A stretch of DNA of 64,000 nt from Octopus sinensis (GCF_006345805.1 NC_043002.1:99944001-100008000), one strand, 5' to 3'; shown: positions 13,525 to 25,734, numbered from the stretch's first letter. The notes: a model not told the origin generated them from the sequence alone. Program-made: numbers and translations.

Positions 13525-15114
13525 TGGTAAGCAAGCTACTTACCACACAGCCACCACGAGTAACTTCGGTGTATTTAGGAACGTTCCAGTGTGTTCTTGT
13601 TTTTCTAAGACACGGGGCTGTGATTTGGTGAAGATTTTGTTGCTAATCAGAGAGCATCGAGGTTCCATAGTTATTCTGTTGGGTCAGGAGAATTATATAA
13701 TGTGTTTGTGAGTAAGTTTTTCGCAACCAATCAAATGTTTTAGCCATTTTTTAATTTAATTTTTCTTTTTTTACAATTTTTGTTTTGTTCCTTAATTTTT
13801 TTGTGTGTAGCAGATGGAGAAGTTGTTCGGGCGTGGAATCTATAATCCAACACAAACAGCAATATTTTCGTCATCACCTTAGCCGGAATCTTTTGCTCCC
13901 ATAACCCCAATATTACGTAAGTAGGTAGGCCTATAAACTGGATATTTCTATTACGTCCCAACCTTCATTGTTCCCGTCCTTTCTCAATAATCTGAGTCTT
14001 CCCCCCCTCTCTCTCTTCTTTGGTTTGTTCTTATAACTGAAAACAGGCTAAGGTTTAAAAAAAGGTTATCCATTTTTCTTCACTTTTTGAGGGTGGATGA
14101 GAGTCTTATGTTCTTCGAAAATTGTGCCTTTAGTTATACTAAGGATTTTGCTACAATCGGAATTTAATCACAATCATTATTTGTACGGCACAGACCGATT
14201 TTAGCTCCCTATACGTTACACGGTTTATCCGGTGCGTATGGCCAGTTTTGATGGCAGCACAGTAAATTCTGAGAGAGTAAGAAAAAGAAAAAGAGACAGT
14301 GTGCGTGTATATGTGTATGTGTCTGTGTGAGAGAGAAATGGAAGAACAAAATATCGACTGCAATATTGGCTGATATGTAATTCATCGACTTCCAAGAAAT
14401 AAAGCCAATGTTTATCTCCGGTGGATCTGAGCAAAGGTTGCCAGAAGAAATACTGCGAGCGTTTGGTCCTATGTTCTAATTACTTTGATATTTTTTCTTG
14501 ACTTGTATTAGTCGTAAAACATGATTACCTTACCTTTATAGGGGTATCCTAAACAGATGGTAGTGTGATTTCTGATGTATACTTCCTAACTATTTCTAGT
14601 AGGAAGTGTGATAAAGTTTCCCGTTTTCAATTGAGTTTAAAAGTTTGTGATTTTTCATTAAAAACCATTAAATATTCTAGTAGATAAAAACAGTTTGGGA
14701 TTGTCTCTAGAAAACAATTTGCTATTTATATTGAATAGAAATGTTTTCAACACTTTATTCATGAAACATCAATCATCAAGGTCGGTATTGAAATACACGT
14801 AATGTTGACCTTGTATTTTGATAAACAGTTCTCAACATTTTTGAGAAAGATGTCTGTCACTAAGTTAAATTTCATGATTTATATCAGTAGAGAGAAAAAA
14901 GTAATTAATAGTTCACAAAATAGTAATTTTGTTGCTATTGTGGTGAGATGGTAAAACCGTTAGAGAGTCGTAAAAAGTGCTTTATGATAATTGTTCCGAA
15001 TCTTCAAGTTCTGAATTCAAATCCGTGTAAAGCCAATTTGGCCTTTCATCCAGTAAGAGATAAATTATAGTACTAGTCAGTTACTATAATTATTATCATC
15101 ATCATCATCATCAA

Positions 15115-15300
15115 CCCAACGAGTTGACAGAACCATTAGCACGCCCAGTAGAATGCTTAGCGTCATTCTTCACGTCTTGAGTTCAAGTTCTGCAAAGCTC
15201 ACATTTTTCCTTTAAATACCAGATGAGCACTGGGGTCGATGTAATCGACTTATCACTTCGCCCGAACTTGCTGGCATTGTGCCAAAATTTGAAATCAGTA
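15115..15300 (+). mobile_element. Decayed SINE family C
   Basis: GAGTTGACAGAACCATTAGCACGCCC...GAGTTCAAGTTC...CACTGGGGTCGATGTAATCGAC...GCCAAAATTTGAAATC. Confidence 0.7.
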
Positions 15301-15304
15301 TTAT

Positions 15305-18300
15305 TCAGTAGTCTTATTTTTATCTAGTGCTTTCACTGCATTACCCAGCGCAGCTCTGTGTACCTTGAGTATGTGATGTAGTTTGTTGTGGTGCTCTTAA
15401 TTTCACTATATTGAAGGTATTTTTTACGTAGGATGTGTGCATTGCCAGGTTCTGCTCATGTTGTATATACTTGTAAGTCCTGGTGTTTTTGTTATGTATT
15501 TATCTAAATGTTTTTAGCATACCTATTCCGCCTACTATGATAGGAATTGTTCGTTTTTAGGCTCCACATTCGAGTTATCTCTATTTCCAGATCTTTGTAT
15601 TTTGAAAGTTTCTCCACTTCTTTTAGAGGAACATTTTCCTCTATTTGTTTTGATTAGAAAACATTTTTTTCTTGGTGATGTCGACAACTATATCCGGCGC
15701 ATTGGCCGTAATTTCTGTATCCCAGAATCTGGTTGCTTTCTCATTTTCTGTGACGTTTTCTGGCATGTCGCTATACCATTTTTTTCTGCTGTTATTCCAT
15801 AGTGTTGGTATAGCTTCCAGAGTATATAGGTCCCAACTCTGTCGTGTCTGTGAATGCATTTCCTCCTAGTCAAGACTGAGCAGAGAATTATGATTTTTGT
15901 TCCTTCTCCATCACCACATATTCTGCGGTTACTCGTATTTCTTTTCATCACGTATTTTTTGGTGATTTCTGGTGGGAAGGCTTGTGCTGCAATTAAACTT
16001 CCTTCAGTTTCTTCTTAGAGTCCTGAGCTTCTCAGCCATTTTGGGGATTATTGGTTTGCTCTATTTTTTTATGTTTAGTTTAACCCAATATTTGCTATGA
16101 AGGGGCATTTCTCGCTATCGTTTTATCATTATTCGTTGCCATTCCAGTTTTAGTTTGGATTTCACTTGTTTTACAGCTTTTGTTGTTTCTTCTTTTTCTT
16201 CATACTTGTTAGACACTATGACTTCTTTTTTGTATTTGTCAGCTTCCTAAAAGACAGAAAACAGGTTTTTTTTTGTTTTATTCGTGTCTTGTGATTATTT
16301 ATATTAGTTTTCTTTGCTTCTGAAGAAGGCATTTTTGCAGTCCTGTGGTGGTTATTGTGTAATAGTTTTCTAGCTGTATAAGGTCTTTACCACCTTCGAT
16401 ACGTTGTATATATAGCCTTTCTATGTTAGATTTTGGGTGGGGCATCTTAAATCCTGTGATTATTTTTCTTATTTTCCTGTCTCTGTAACTTATAACCTGT
16501 GACGCCTAGAATGTCGATAATTGCTATCTTGTTTTTCGCATTGAGATCTGTTTTCAGTTTTAATCTAACTCGACTATAGTATTCCTTTTTTATCTTCTCT
16601 TTCATCTGTGTGTTATATCGTATCCTGTTCATTGATTCCTAAGTATTTGTATGCCTGGATTTGGTTTAATTCTCTTACTTCATTTGCTTTATCTGGTGTG
16701 ATTTTGCTACTCTTAACTAGTTATACTCTTTTCAAGGTTGCTTTGGCAAATTTTTCTAAGCCTAATTTCAAGTTTATTTCTTTGGTGAATCATTGTACCG
16801 TCTATAGTAATGTTTGCAGCTGTTTATCATTTCTAACGTACAGTTTGGGATCATCTGTATACAAGAGATGGCTGATTGATTTGCCGTAAGAGATGTATCC
16901 AGTTCTGTCTAGCATGTCAGATAAAGATGTCAGTGTCACGCAGAAAAGAAGTGGAGAGAGTGTGTCGCCCTGGAATACTCCTCTTCTGATGGGGATGGCT
17001 TTGTCTGGAGTCGTACCACTGTCTGCAATTTATTCATGGAATGCTTTATACATTTTATGATTACTGGTGCTACTTTGTTCATGGCTAATGCTTCTAGGAT
17101 CCATGTGTGGGGAATACTATGAAAAGTCTTTCAGTAATCGATCCAGACCATACTTAGACTCGACTTCTTTCTGCGACTCTCCTCAATTATGGATCTATCG
17201 ATCAGTAGCTGATCTTTACACCCGTAGGGGCCCTTGCAGCCTCCCTTCTACTCTTCTGGAAACAGGTTGTTTTCTTTCAGATGTTAGCCCATTCTCTGCG
17301 ATATTATTGCAGTTAAGGCTTTGTAAATTTTAGGTGGACAAGTTATCGGTCTGTAATTTTGTGGTTTTGCCGTTTCAGCGGATTTGGGAATTAGGATAGT
17401 TTTTTTCCCTTCCATGAGCCATGTGGGTATTGCCTTTGGGTCTGCTGGCATTTCATGAAATTTCTCAGCCAGCTTTTATGTGTTCATATAAGATATTTTA
17501 ACCTGTAGTTGGAGATCTTGTCGTGTCCGGATAACTTCCAATTGCTTAGTTTTTACAGTACTTCGGTGACCTGTTTACTTGTTATAGAGGTCCAGAGTTG
17601 TTCAGGTGCTGTGTTCATTGTTTTTATAGATTTTTTTCTGAGGTTGTTCCTTCGCCGACCATATATGTTTCCAAAATTCTTCCACTTCTTCTGCTGTTGG
17701 TGGTGCTGCATTGATTACTATTTTATTTTTGCCGAGATCTTGATTGAATATTTTGGAGTTGGATTGAACTGTTTGTTTTGTTCAAAGAAACGTTGGCGTT
17801 TCTCTTACCGGCGGATTCTTTGTGCTTTGGCGAGGATGTCTTACTTCAGCTGTTCTTTTTAATTTTTATTTCAGACATCTCTTGTTCTGTAATTTTGTAA
17901 TTATGGAGTATTTTCCTTCTCTTTTTGTTGCTTAGTAGTGTTGATTGTCTACTAGTTTCATTAATGATTAACAGATCCTTTCACTTATTTTCCATTTTAT
18001 CTGGATATTATTTATCTCAAGTTTTGTTTGGCTGGATATATTCTTGTTTGAATGGGTTTTAGAGGGTATCCAACTACCTTTGTGACCACAGAGGCTGTTG
18101 AATATATCATATAATTTAATCTGGTCATATTGACATTTGTTTCTGTTTCTATTAGTTCTGTGACGGCCAGGTTCATACTATTTACAATTGATGTTGTTCT
18201 ATTATCAATTTCAATTTTTGGGAGGTACAATCAGTGGTCCATACTGAGATCTGTGGCTTTCGATTGTTTTATTATTCTCATTTTTAGAGTATCGTAATAA

Positions 18301-18655
18301 TTACTTTCACCTTCATTGTTTCCAGGTTTTAGAATTATTTCGTTTTCCCTCCCGTTCATATTTTGCCTTTGGTGTTCTGGTTTGCTGCATTTTGTTTAAT
18401 GTTGTACATCTCTACGGTCTGGGCTTTCTACATTATACATTTCTGCGGTCTTTCGTTGCTTATTTTGTTTTTGCTGGACATGTTATGTCTGTCTTTGTAT
18501 TTTACAGCCCCAGTGCTTATAATATTATTTGGCATTCTTTTGTGGTTACTATTTACGTTTTCCTGATGTATTTTTCCTTTTAAGTGTTCTATATCTATTT
18601 CTGATATTTTTTAAAGAATATATCTTCGTATGTTATCTAGTTTATTAGGGTTCAA
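15305..18655 (-). mobile_element. Decayed near-full-length REL-type non-LTR retrotransposon, R4/Dong-like (fragment A)
   Basis: Minus-strand RT motifs VWIDY*KTFHSIPHTWI (~17100-17150), RRGVFQGDTLSPLLFC (~16945-16990) and SHLLYTDDPKLY (~16838-16873). Also KEKIKKEYYSRVR..KTDLNAKNKI, and the REL region WYSDMPENVTENEKA..FWD...ANAPDIVV. Many stops and frameshifts. Confidence 0.85.
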
Positions 18656-18656
18656 T

Positions 18657-19115
18657 GCTGTATCCAAATCGAGTGATCGCACTGAATTATTGCATCCCAC
18701 AGGATTTTGCAATTCTATTTTCGGTGACTCATTCTAAAGTTTACTCATACTAAATTTTTGTAGGACGCGGTTTCCACAGACTCCCATTGGATGAGTCTTG
18801 CCACATTGTCATGGAATCGTTTGCATATGCGTTGTGCCAATTTCGAACATTCGCTAACGATGTTCCATACCGTTTCACCCCTCTCACCACACATTCTGCA
18901 TTTGTCGCTATCGGTAGTGTTGTCTATACCGCACTTCATATAGTTGGTCCTTAACGCTTCTTCCTGAGCTGCGCATACGAGTGTTTTTGTCTCTATCTTC
19001 AGACCACCCATCCTCATCCATAGCCACTGGTCCTCCGTATCCATCTTGGCGTTCAGATCTCTTGCAAACTGACTGTACGTCCTCTTTCCCTTCCATGCTT
19101 TTTCTTTTTTCTTTA
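18657..19115 (-). mobile_element. R4/Dong-like LINE fragment B (CCHC finger to start of REL)
   Basis: WKGKRTYSQF..QWLWMRMGGLKIETKTLVCAAQEEALRTN..KCRMCGERGETVWNIVSECSKLAQ..HDNVAR..KILWDAIIQCDH. The 5' end abuts a (TAA)n tract. Confidence 0.85.
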
Positions 19116-19191
19116 TTATTTTTTTTTAAAATTATTATTATTACCATAATTATTATTGTTGTTGTTATTATCATTATTATTGTTACTATTA

Positions 19192-19655
19192 TTGAGTGAG
19201 AGAGCAGTGCATGACATCAAAGTGACACTGGGGTAAAATATACGAAGCCCAGTATACCCATAATGACTACCCGTCTGATAAGGGTATACCAGGCGCATGC
19301 ATCACAACCATGTGCGTGACATGGTGATCTCATATCAAGATAAAAAAGCGCATGACCTTGCGGGTGAAGCCCAGTTAGAATTTTCTTCTGGTCGAGTATC
19401 CCATCCCGCTCAAAAGGTCCATGAATATGGATTGTTTAAGGATGTTGAACGAACCACCCATGTTTTCAAAGGTGAATTATTCAAACCCCAATGAATTCCT
19501 TTCAACACATGGCTATGATGCTCTCCCACTACTTCTGCTTGTGATCAGAGTTGTACATATCGTCAGCCACTAAGGGACATGCTCAAATGGTTAAGGTCAA
19601 ACAACTGACAAGCAAATCTGTGGTATTGAGCAGAATATTTGCTATAGCTCAACTT
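19192..19655. mobile_element. Unclassified interspersed repeat
   Basis: A GC-richer 460-bp block between two (TAA)n tracts, resembling a common Octopus repeat (recalled, not searched). No ORF. Confidence 0.4.
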
Positions 19656-19691
19656 TATTTTCATTATCATTATTATTGTTATTATTATTAT

Positions 19692-20841
19692 ATGTTAGTC
19701 TCTTGCGTTGTATTTGTGTAAGTTGACTCCAAGTCTCACCCAGAGACCTCGAGTGGAAACCATATATTTGGTTTTGCATAGAATATTTTTCTAGAGTATG
19801 TCTATCAGAACAAATAATTTAAAAGTTTGTTTTAAAAGTAATTTGGTTATATGATGATAGTCTGATGTTAAGATGACAGTAAAAAGGTGCTTACTATTAT
19901 GTACACTTAAAAGTACTTTTGACGCTGTTTACGGATTGAAATTTCTTGGGAATTACATAGACAATATTTTACGTAGGATAAATGGCCGTTCCCATGAATA
20001 CTATTTTTTAAAATTTCTTCTATTTTTGGAATTCCTGGAATCCGAGCTAGGTAGCAATCAGTCCTTATTGCTATCATTCCTCGGGTACATATGGTATTAT
20101 TCTAATCTTGAGGTTCCACATCTTGCCAATTTCTATTTCATGATCTTAATACTAGCTCAGTTTTTGGTAGATACATTTATTTCGATTGGGATAGTCATAT
20201 CGATGAGGAGGCATGATTTTGTTTGAAGCCCTTCAATATAATGTCCGGTATATTTTCCTCTATCTTTCTGTCAGTTTGAAGGGTGAAATTCCAAAGGAGT
20301 AAGATGTGACCATTTTCAAGCACTTGTGGTAGTTTGTGTTCCCACTAGTTTTTATCATGGAGCAGGTTCAAGTTTTTTCAAATTACCCAGTGAATATACT
20401 GTGCTGATCTATCAAGCCTGTTGAGATACTTTGTAGGCGCAAAATGACTGCACACGGACATAACATGATCAATGATTTCATTTTGATGTTTACATGAACG
20501 ACATGTTGGGCTACTGTCGTTCTTTAAGATGGATTGGTAGTTTCGTATGGGTAGGCATTGATTTTGGGCTGCTATGACAGACACTTCTGTCGCTGATTTT
20601 AAGCCAGAAGACACTAACCTTTGATGGGTACAGGCTTTGTCAACATCGGCATTATTAGCTCTCTTTAGGTATTTACCATTGAGAGGGTTTTCTTGTCATT
20701 TATCAGTAAGAATATCTAAAGCAGATTTAGCGCGAGTTTTCATACGCTTAGCTTTTTCTGGGCTTTATTCCAGTACATCCAATTCTGGGATTTGTTGTAT
20801 TCGGAATTCACTTAGACATTTCTTTACCTGCTTTATTACTG

Positions 20842-20845
<4 letters not shown>
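19692..20845 (-). mobile_element. 5'-truncated R4/Dong-like LINE (fragment C) with 3' UTR and (TAA)n tail
   Basis: SSGLKSATEVSVIAAQNQCL..TCRSCKHQNEIIDHVMSVC..YLNRLDRSAQYIHW, then EIEIGKMWNLK, then GTA.ILRKILSM*. Flanked by (TAA)n on both sides. Confidence 0.85.
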
Positions 20846-20879
<34 letters not shown>

Positions 20880-20880
20880 T

Positions 20881-22594
20881 TCTTTTTATCACAGGTTTCG
20901 TTGGAACTCCTGTAGACTTGCATGCGTAGGGGGCTTACTGCCTGCAGCCTACGGTACCATGCTATCCGTTCTTTTAAGCTACCTAATACTACCTCTTTAT
21001 TCTGGCCGTTGCAAGGAATCAAAGCTTTTGTAAAAGTTTTACTAGGCACTCTATTCTAATTTTCTTTATATTCTCCTTGATCCCTTATGATACTGTTCCC
21101 AACGACCCAACAATAATTGGCACTATCATCACCTTTTTCATTTTCCATAGCCGGGTTATTTCGTGCGTAAGAAAGTTGTATTTATCTATCTTTTCGACAT
21201 CCTTCTTGGGCAAAACGGGCATGCAACATCATCTACATAGCATACGTGCTGCACCCTGTCCACCACCACTAGATCCGGTCCGTTATGCTCTAGCACCAGA
21301 TCTGTTTGGATTGGGAAAACCAAGAGGATCTTGCAAGCCTCCCAATCCACCACCATCTGCGATTTGTGCTCATACCACGACTTGCTTTTCGCTATCTCTC
21401 ACTTTCCAATGTAGCACTTTCGCTACCTGATCGTGTCGCCACAACGTGTAGTGCTTTTGGGTAAATCTAGGGCACTTGTTCGTGATATGGGAGATGGTTT
21501 CATTCACTCTATTGCAGGTGCGACACAGCGGAGACACTTGCTCATTCCTAAGCTTGACCTTCCAGCTCGTGGCAAAAGCTTGGTCTTGAGCAGCAAGTAT
21601 AGTACTCTCGGGTCTCTTTTTTACGTTCCTTTCATCAGCTAATTTCACCTATTGTTTCTAGCAATTTATGTTGTGGCTATATGGAATTGATTGTGTAGTT
21701 TGTTATTGAGTAATTATTCCCCATGTCCTTTTCGTACTTCTTCCTTTGTTTTTTCATTTGGGATGGAAGCACTCCGTCGGTTACGACGACGAGGGTTCCG
21801 GTTGATCCGAATCAACGGAACAGCCTGCTCGTGAAATTAACGTTTAAGTGGCTGAGCACTCCACAGACACGTGTACCCTTAACGTAGTTCTCGGGGATAT
21901 TCAGCGTGACACAGAGAGTGACAAGGCCGGTCCTTTGAAATACAGGTACAACAGAAATAGGAAGTAAGAGTGAGAGAAAGTTGTGGTGAAATAGTACAGC
22001 AGGGATCACCACCATCCCCTGCCGGAGCCTCGTGGAGCTTTTAGGTGTTTTCGCTCAATAAACACTCACAACGCCCGGTCTGGGAATCGAAACCGCGACC
22101 CTATGACCGCGAGTCCGCTGCCCTAACCACTGGGCCATTGCGCCTCCACGTTTTATTCTCTGCTTTCAATACTCACTCGTTCCTAACTGTCACTAGCAAG
22201 GTTTCCTTACTTTGGGCTAGGTATCTCATTACGCTCTTGATACGCACGCAGTCTTCCACACTTTTCAGTCGTCTTCCTCCATTTGCTCCCTTCATGTATA
22301 AGCGCTCAGTGTCTGCATATGGATGATGTGCTCCATGCATCATTAGGAGCTTTCTTCCCGTTCTTTCCATTATATTTAAGTTATCCTCCGTATACTTCAG
22401 TATTGAAGAGCCATACCGGACTGCGTGCGAGTTTATTGCCGAAATTATGTTTCTGGCATTCAGGTTTGAAGCCAATAATTTCTTACTCGCCGCAGGTACT
22501 CTCATTTTCTCTTTTCCTTCACGTCGTTGTATTTGACTCCATCTGCCTCAAGTATGCCCATGTAATAATAGGTTAATCGTGGCTGAATAGCCTT

Positions 22595-22595
<1 letters not shown>
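20881..22595 (-). mobile_element. 5'-truncated R4/Dong-like LINE (fragment D), interrupted by a SINE at 21764-22149
   Basis: YMGILEADGVKYNDVKEK, RKLLMMHGAHHPYADTERLYM..GGRRLKSVEDCV, ESTILAAQDQA..LCRTCNRVNETISHITNKC..HDQVAKVLHWK, WYEHK..PIQTDLVLEHNGPDLVVVD, EKIDKY..EITRLWKMKKV.IVPIIVGSLG. Confidence 0.87.
21764..22149 (-). mobile_element. Full-length SINE family B (tRNA-derived head)
   Basis: Reverse complement head GTGGAGGCGCAATGGCCCAGTGGTTAGGGCAGCGGACTCGCGG...GGTTTCGATTCCC carries A and B boxes. Nearly identical to 51038-51421. Confidence 0.93.
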
Positions 22596-22689
<94 letters not shown>

Positions 22690-22728
22690 TTATTATTATT
22701 ATTATCATTATTATTATTATTATTAGTT

Positions 22729-22795
<67 letters not shown>

Positions 22796-22797
22796 AA
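22596..22797. repeat. (CTA)n-(TTA)n-(GTA)n compound microsatellite
   Basis: Directly visible. Confidence 0.95.
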
Positions 22798-22799
22798 TA

Positions 22800-22960
22800 T
22801 AAGGCACGTATATATTAGATGGAAAGTAACTTCCTGAGAATGTGGAAGGATGATGTCAACACAAATTTATGAGTCTCATCGATTGTTTGTTTCCCAGGGT
22901 TCTGGTCAAAAAATTTGTCACTAGCTTTCTTGATCATTGCCAGGCACCTAGAACAACAAA
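22800..22960 (-). mobile_element. R4/Dong-like LINE 3' stub (fragment E)
   Basis: CLAMIKKASDKFFDQNPG...HKFVLTSSFHILRKLLSI* matches the C-termini of fragments C and D. Confidence 0.7.
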
Positions 22961-23113
22961 GAAGGTTTTGGTTTTTATAACGCATGATTTCTCCGCGGAC
23001 GTTGGCTAATTTCTTTGCAGCCTGGAGGTGTCTGTCCACCCTAATCTGGATGCGTTGTGCTGCACTGTATTGCGCTGATCATCAAGGAAGTATTCATGGC
23101 CCTGCAGCAGCGA

Positions 23114-23147
<34 letters not shown>

Positions 23148-23148
<1 letters not shown>

Positions 23149-23505
23149 AAAGGCAGCGAGCTGATAAAGTCATTAGCACGTTGGACGAAATGCTTAGCGA
23201 TGTTTCGCCCGTCACTTCGTTCTGAGTTCAAATTCCGTCGAAGTCGACTTCACTTTTCATACTTTCGGGGATGATAAATTGAGTACCAGTCAAGCAGTGG
23301 GGTCAATGTGATCGACTGTTCCCCACCCCACCAAAAGCCAGGCCTTGTGCCTATACTATAAAGGATTATTATGTTTAGGAAGGCGGCGAGCTTGCAGAAA
23401 CGTTTCATCACTTCGTGGTCGATAAATTAAGTACCAGGTAAACACTGGGGTTGATATAATCGTCTAGTCCCCTCCTTCAAAGTTCAGGCCTTGTGCCTTT
23501 AGCAG
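23148..23505 (+). mobile_element. Two SINE family C copies
   Basis: GGCAGCGAGCTG...GTTCTGAGTTCAAATTCC...GTCGACTT... and GGCGGCGAGCTTGCAGAAACG, each ending ...GGCCTTGTGCCT. Confidence 0.8.
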
Positions 23506-23507
23506 AA

Positions 23508-23647
23508 TGGAGTGACGATTTCAAGAGGACGATTGGAATCACGTGGATGAGAAAGGCGCGATCCAGAGAGGAGTGGACAGCGTGCTGTGACCAGCGGTGT
23601 CAAATGGACGCCTGACGGACTGGTCGGTCAAAGTGAAGTGAAAGTGA
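23508..23647 (+). mobile_element. Probable RTE-type LINE 3' stub
   Basis: Translates as ...RTIGITWMRKARSREEWTACCDQR, like the RTE C-terminal W..A..R..W motif, followed by an (AAGTG)n tail. Confidence 0.5.
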
Positions 23648-24130
23648 TTATTATTATTATTATATGAAGAACATGAAAAATATCAAGGGATTGCATCACA
23701 TTAAGAACGCATGAGATACACGTTGGTTGACTGAAAAAAATAAAGCGTAGCTATCGAATATTTATATTGTTCATTGATGTACTCGGATACACTTATCAAA
23801 TGTATGTAAATAGAAACTGCTTTCGTGAAAGTAACGGTGTCATCTAATATTAATAGAAAAAAACAAATCACGAATAGTATTAACATGTGTGGGAATAAAT
23901 AGATATGCATGATGCGGATATAAAGATGATAAACGTTTTAATAGACACTTTGAAATATATAATTCTATATGTTCTGTGAAACACACACATAGACGTCTTT
24001 GTATCATCGTTTGTACGTATATGTGTGTATGCCTGTTTATAAGAAGGTTTTTTTTTCTTTTCTTTTCTTCACGTATCACACCTAGGATTATTTATAGTAA
24101 TGTTTCAGAATGTTTCTTATTTTTGTTCAG

Positions 24131-24139
24131 TTATATACA

Positions 24140-24215
<76 letters not shown>

Positions 24216-24332
24216 ATATATATCTGTGTGTGTGTGTGTGTGTGTATGTGTATATATATATATATATATATGTGTGTATATATGTATATATATATATCTA
24301 TGTGTGTGTATATATGTATATATATATATAAG

Positions 24333-24370
<38 letters not shown>
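24131..24370. repeat. (TACA)n/(TA)n/(TG)n microsatellite
   Basis: Directly visible. Confidence 0.95.
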
Positions 24371-24690
24371 GTGGGAGTATTCACAAAAAACAAAAGGCGA
24401 AGACAGGTGGTGTAGATAACAGACAGATGTATTATTTTAATGCTCGGAAAGTCAAAACCATTTCAAACATCCGTGCACTGGTGTGTTTAACTGCATTGAA
24501 ATTAGTTCATGATACTTTCGAAATGTTCGTACTTCTTTAACTCTTAATTTGCATTTCAGAAAAAATTCAGTAAAGGGTTCTTCAGACGTTTTTTTCTTCT
24601 CATTTAAGTGTATATATCACACAAATTACATTCATAATTAGTGTTTACATACTGAATATCGTGCCAAGTATTTAAATAGTAGAGATATAT

Positions 24691-24978
24691 CCCCGTGATC
24701 ATCGTGACCGACCAGGCTATCAGAGGTTGCTACACATCGCTGGTCACAATGTGCTTCGCATTGTTTTAGCCTTCAAATGACGCCACCCCGCTGGCTAAGC
24801 GAGCAGGAGAACAGAAGAAAGTGTAAGAGAAAGTTGTGGCGAAAGAATACAGCAGGGATCGACACCACCCCCTGCCGGAGCCGTGTAGGGCTTTAGGTGT
24901 TTTCGCTCAATAAACGCTCAGAACGCCCGGTCTGGGAATTGAAACCGCGAGTCCTAACAACTGGGCCATTGTGCCTCC
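24691..24978 (-). mobile_element. SINE family B with an alternative 3' tail
   Basis: Family B head and body. 13-bp TSD AGTAGAGATATAT at 24678-24690 and 24979-24991. Confidence 0.87.
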
Positions 24979-25734
24979 AGTAGAGATATATATTTACAAA
25001 TAAATAGCCATAGCATAAAGCTAAAATAAATAACATAGGTCAATGAAATTGGAAAATAAATATAAAAAATATATTTCCAACTGCAATGTAACAGTAATCC
25101 AACAGAAGCTGTCCAGCTTTAGGTTTGTTATTCTACAGTTATATTATTTTCTGAATTAAAATTGTACTCATATTGAGATCACTTCAGCAGAAAATTATGT
25201 AGGACCTCTAGAAATTTGTCATTTTGAACAGGCAAAATGTCTTAATATACTAGCAGAAAATATAAAAGAATATAATGAAGAGTCATAAATTCTTTCAGTT
25301 GATGGAAAAAGTATTCAAACACTGATGTTTGATTTTCATGTAGTTTTTAGATTGTAACGTTATGGAGATCGTTGAAAGTTTCATGTAGTGTTTTGTAAAA
25401 CCATTAACCTACGCTAGAGTAGAAATTAATTTCAACAATTGCATTTGGCAGGTGCGCTCTATAGCATCATATTCATCAAAGAAACTAAATTAATAATTAC
25501 ATATCTCCACTTTTCATTCAATAGAGTGTGCGTGCGTGCGGATGCGTGTATGTGTGTACCCACAGTAGAAAGAAAAGAGGAGATAGGTTTACGATCCACA
25601 CTTTTAGCTTAACAGTTGACTGCTATGTCTTTGGATCAATGTCCTTTTCGGAATAGATTGTAGAGAAAGAGAAGTGGAAATGAGAGGATGTAGCGGGATA
25701 AGTGCAACTTCGGCGAAATAGCTCCGTGGATATC

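Noticed and set aside
13811-13916. Plus-strand exon candidate with a strong acceptor (GTGTAG|) and donor (|GTAAGT)
   Set aside because: All three frames contain stops, and there is no other support. It could only be a non-coding exon.
16608-18583. Hydrophobic plus-strand ORFs that look like membrane proteins
   Set aside because: They are antisense readings of the A-rich R4-like LINE.
22075-22149. tRNA genes at the SINE heads (also 51345-51421, 57125-57202 and 49648-49720)
   Set aside because: Each continues into a SINE body and tail, often with a TSD, so they are tRNA-derived heads rather than tRNA genes.
24371-24560. Possible Penelope pseudo-LTR with a hammerhead next to (TA)n
   Set aside because: It looks like a repeat, but no CUGANGA core is recognisable on either strand.
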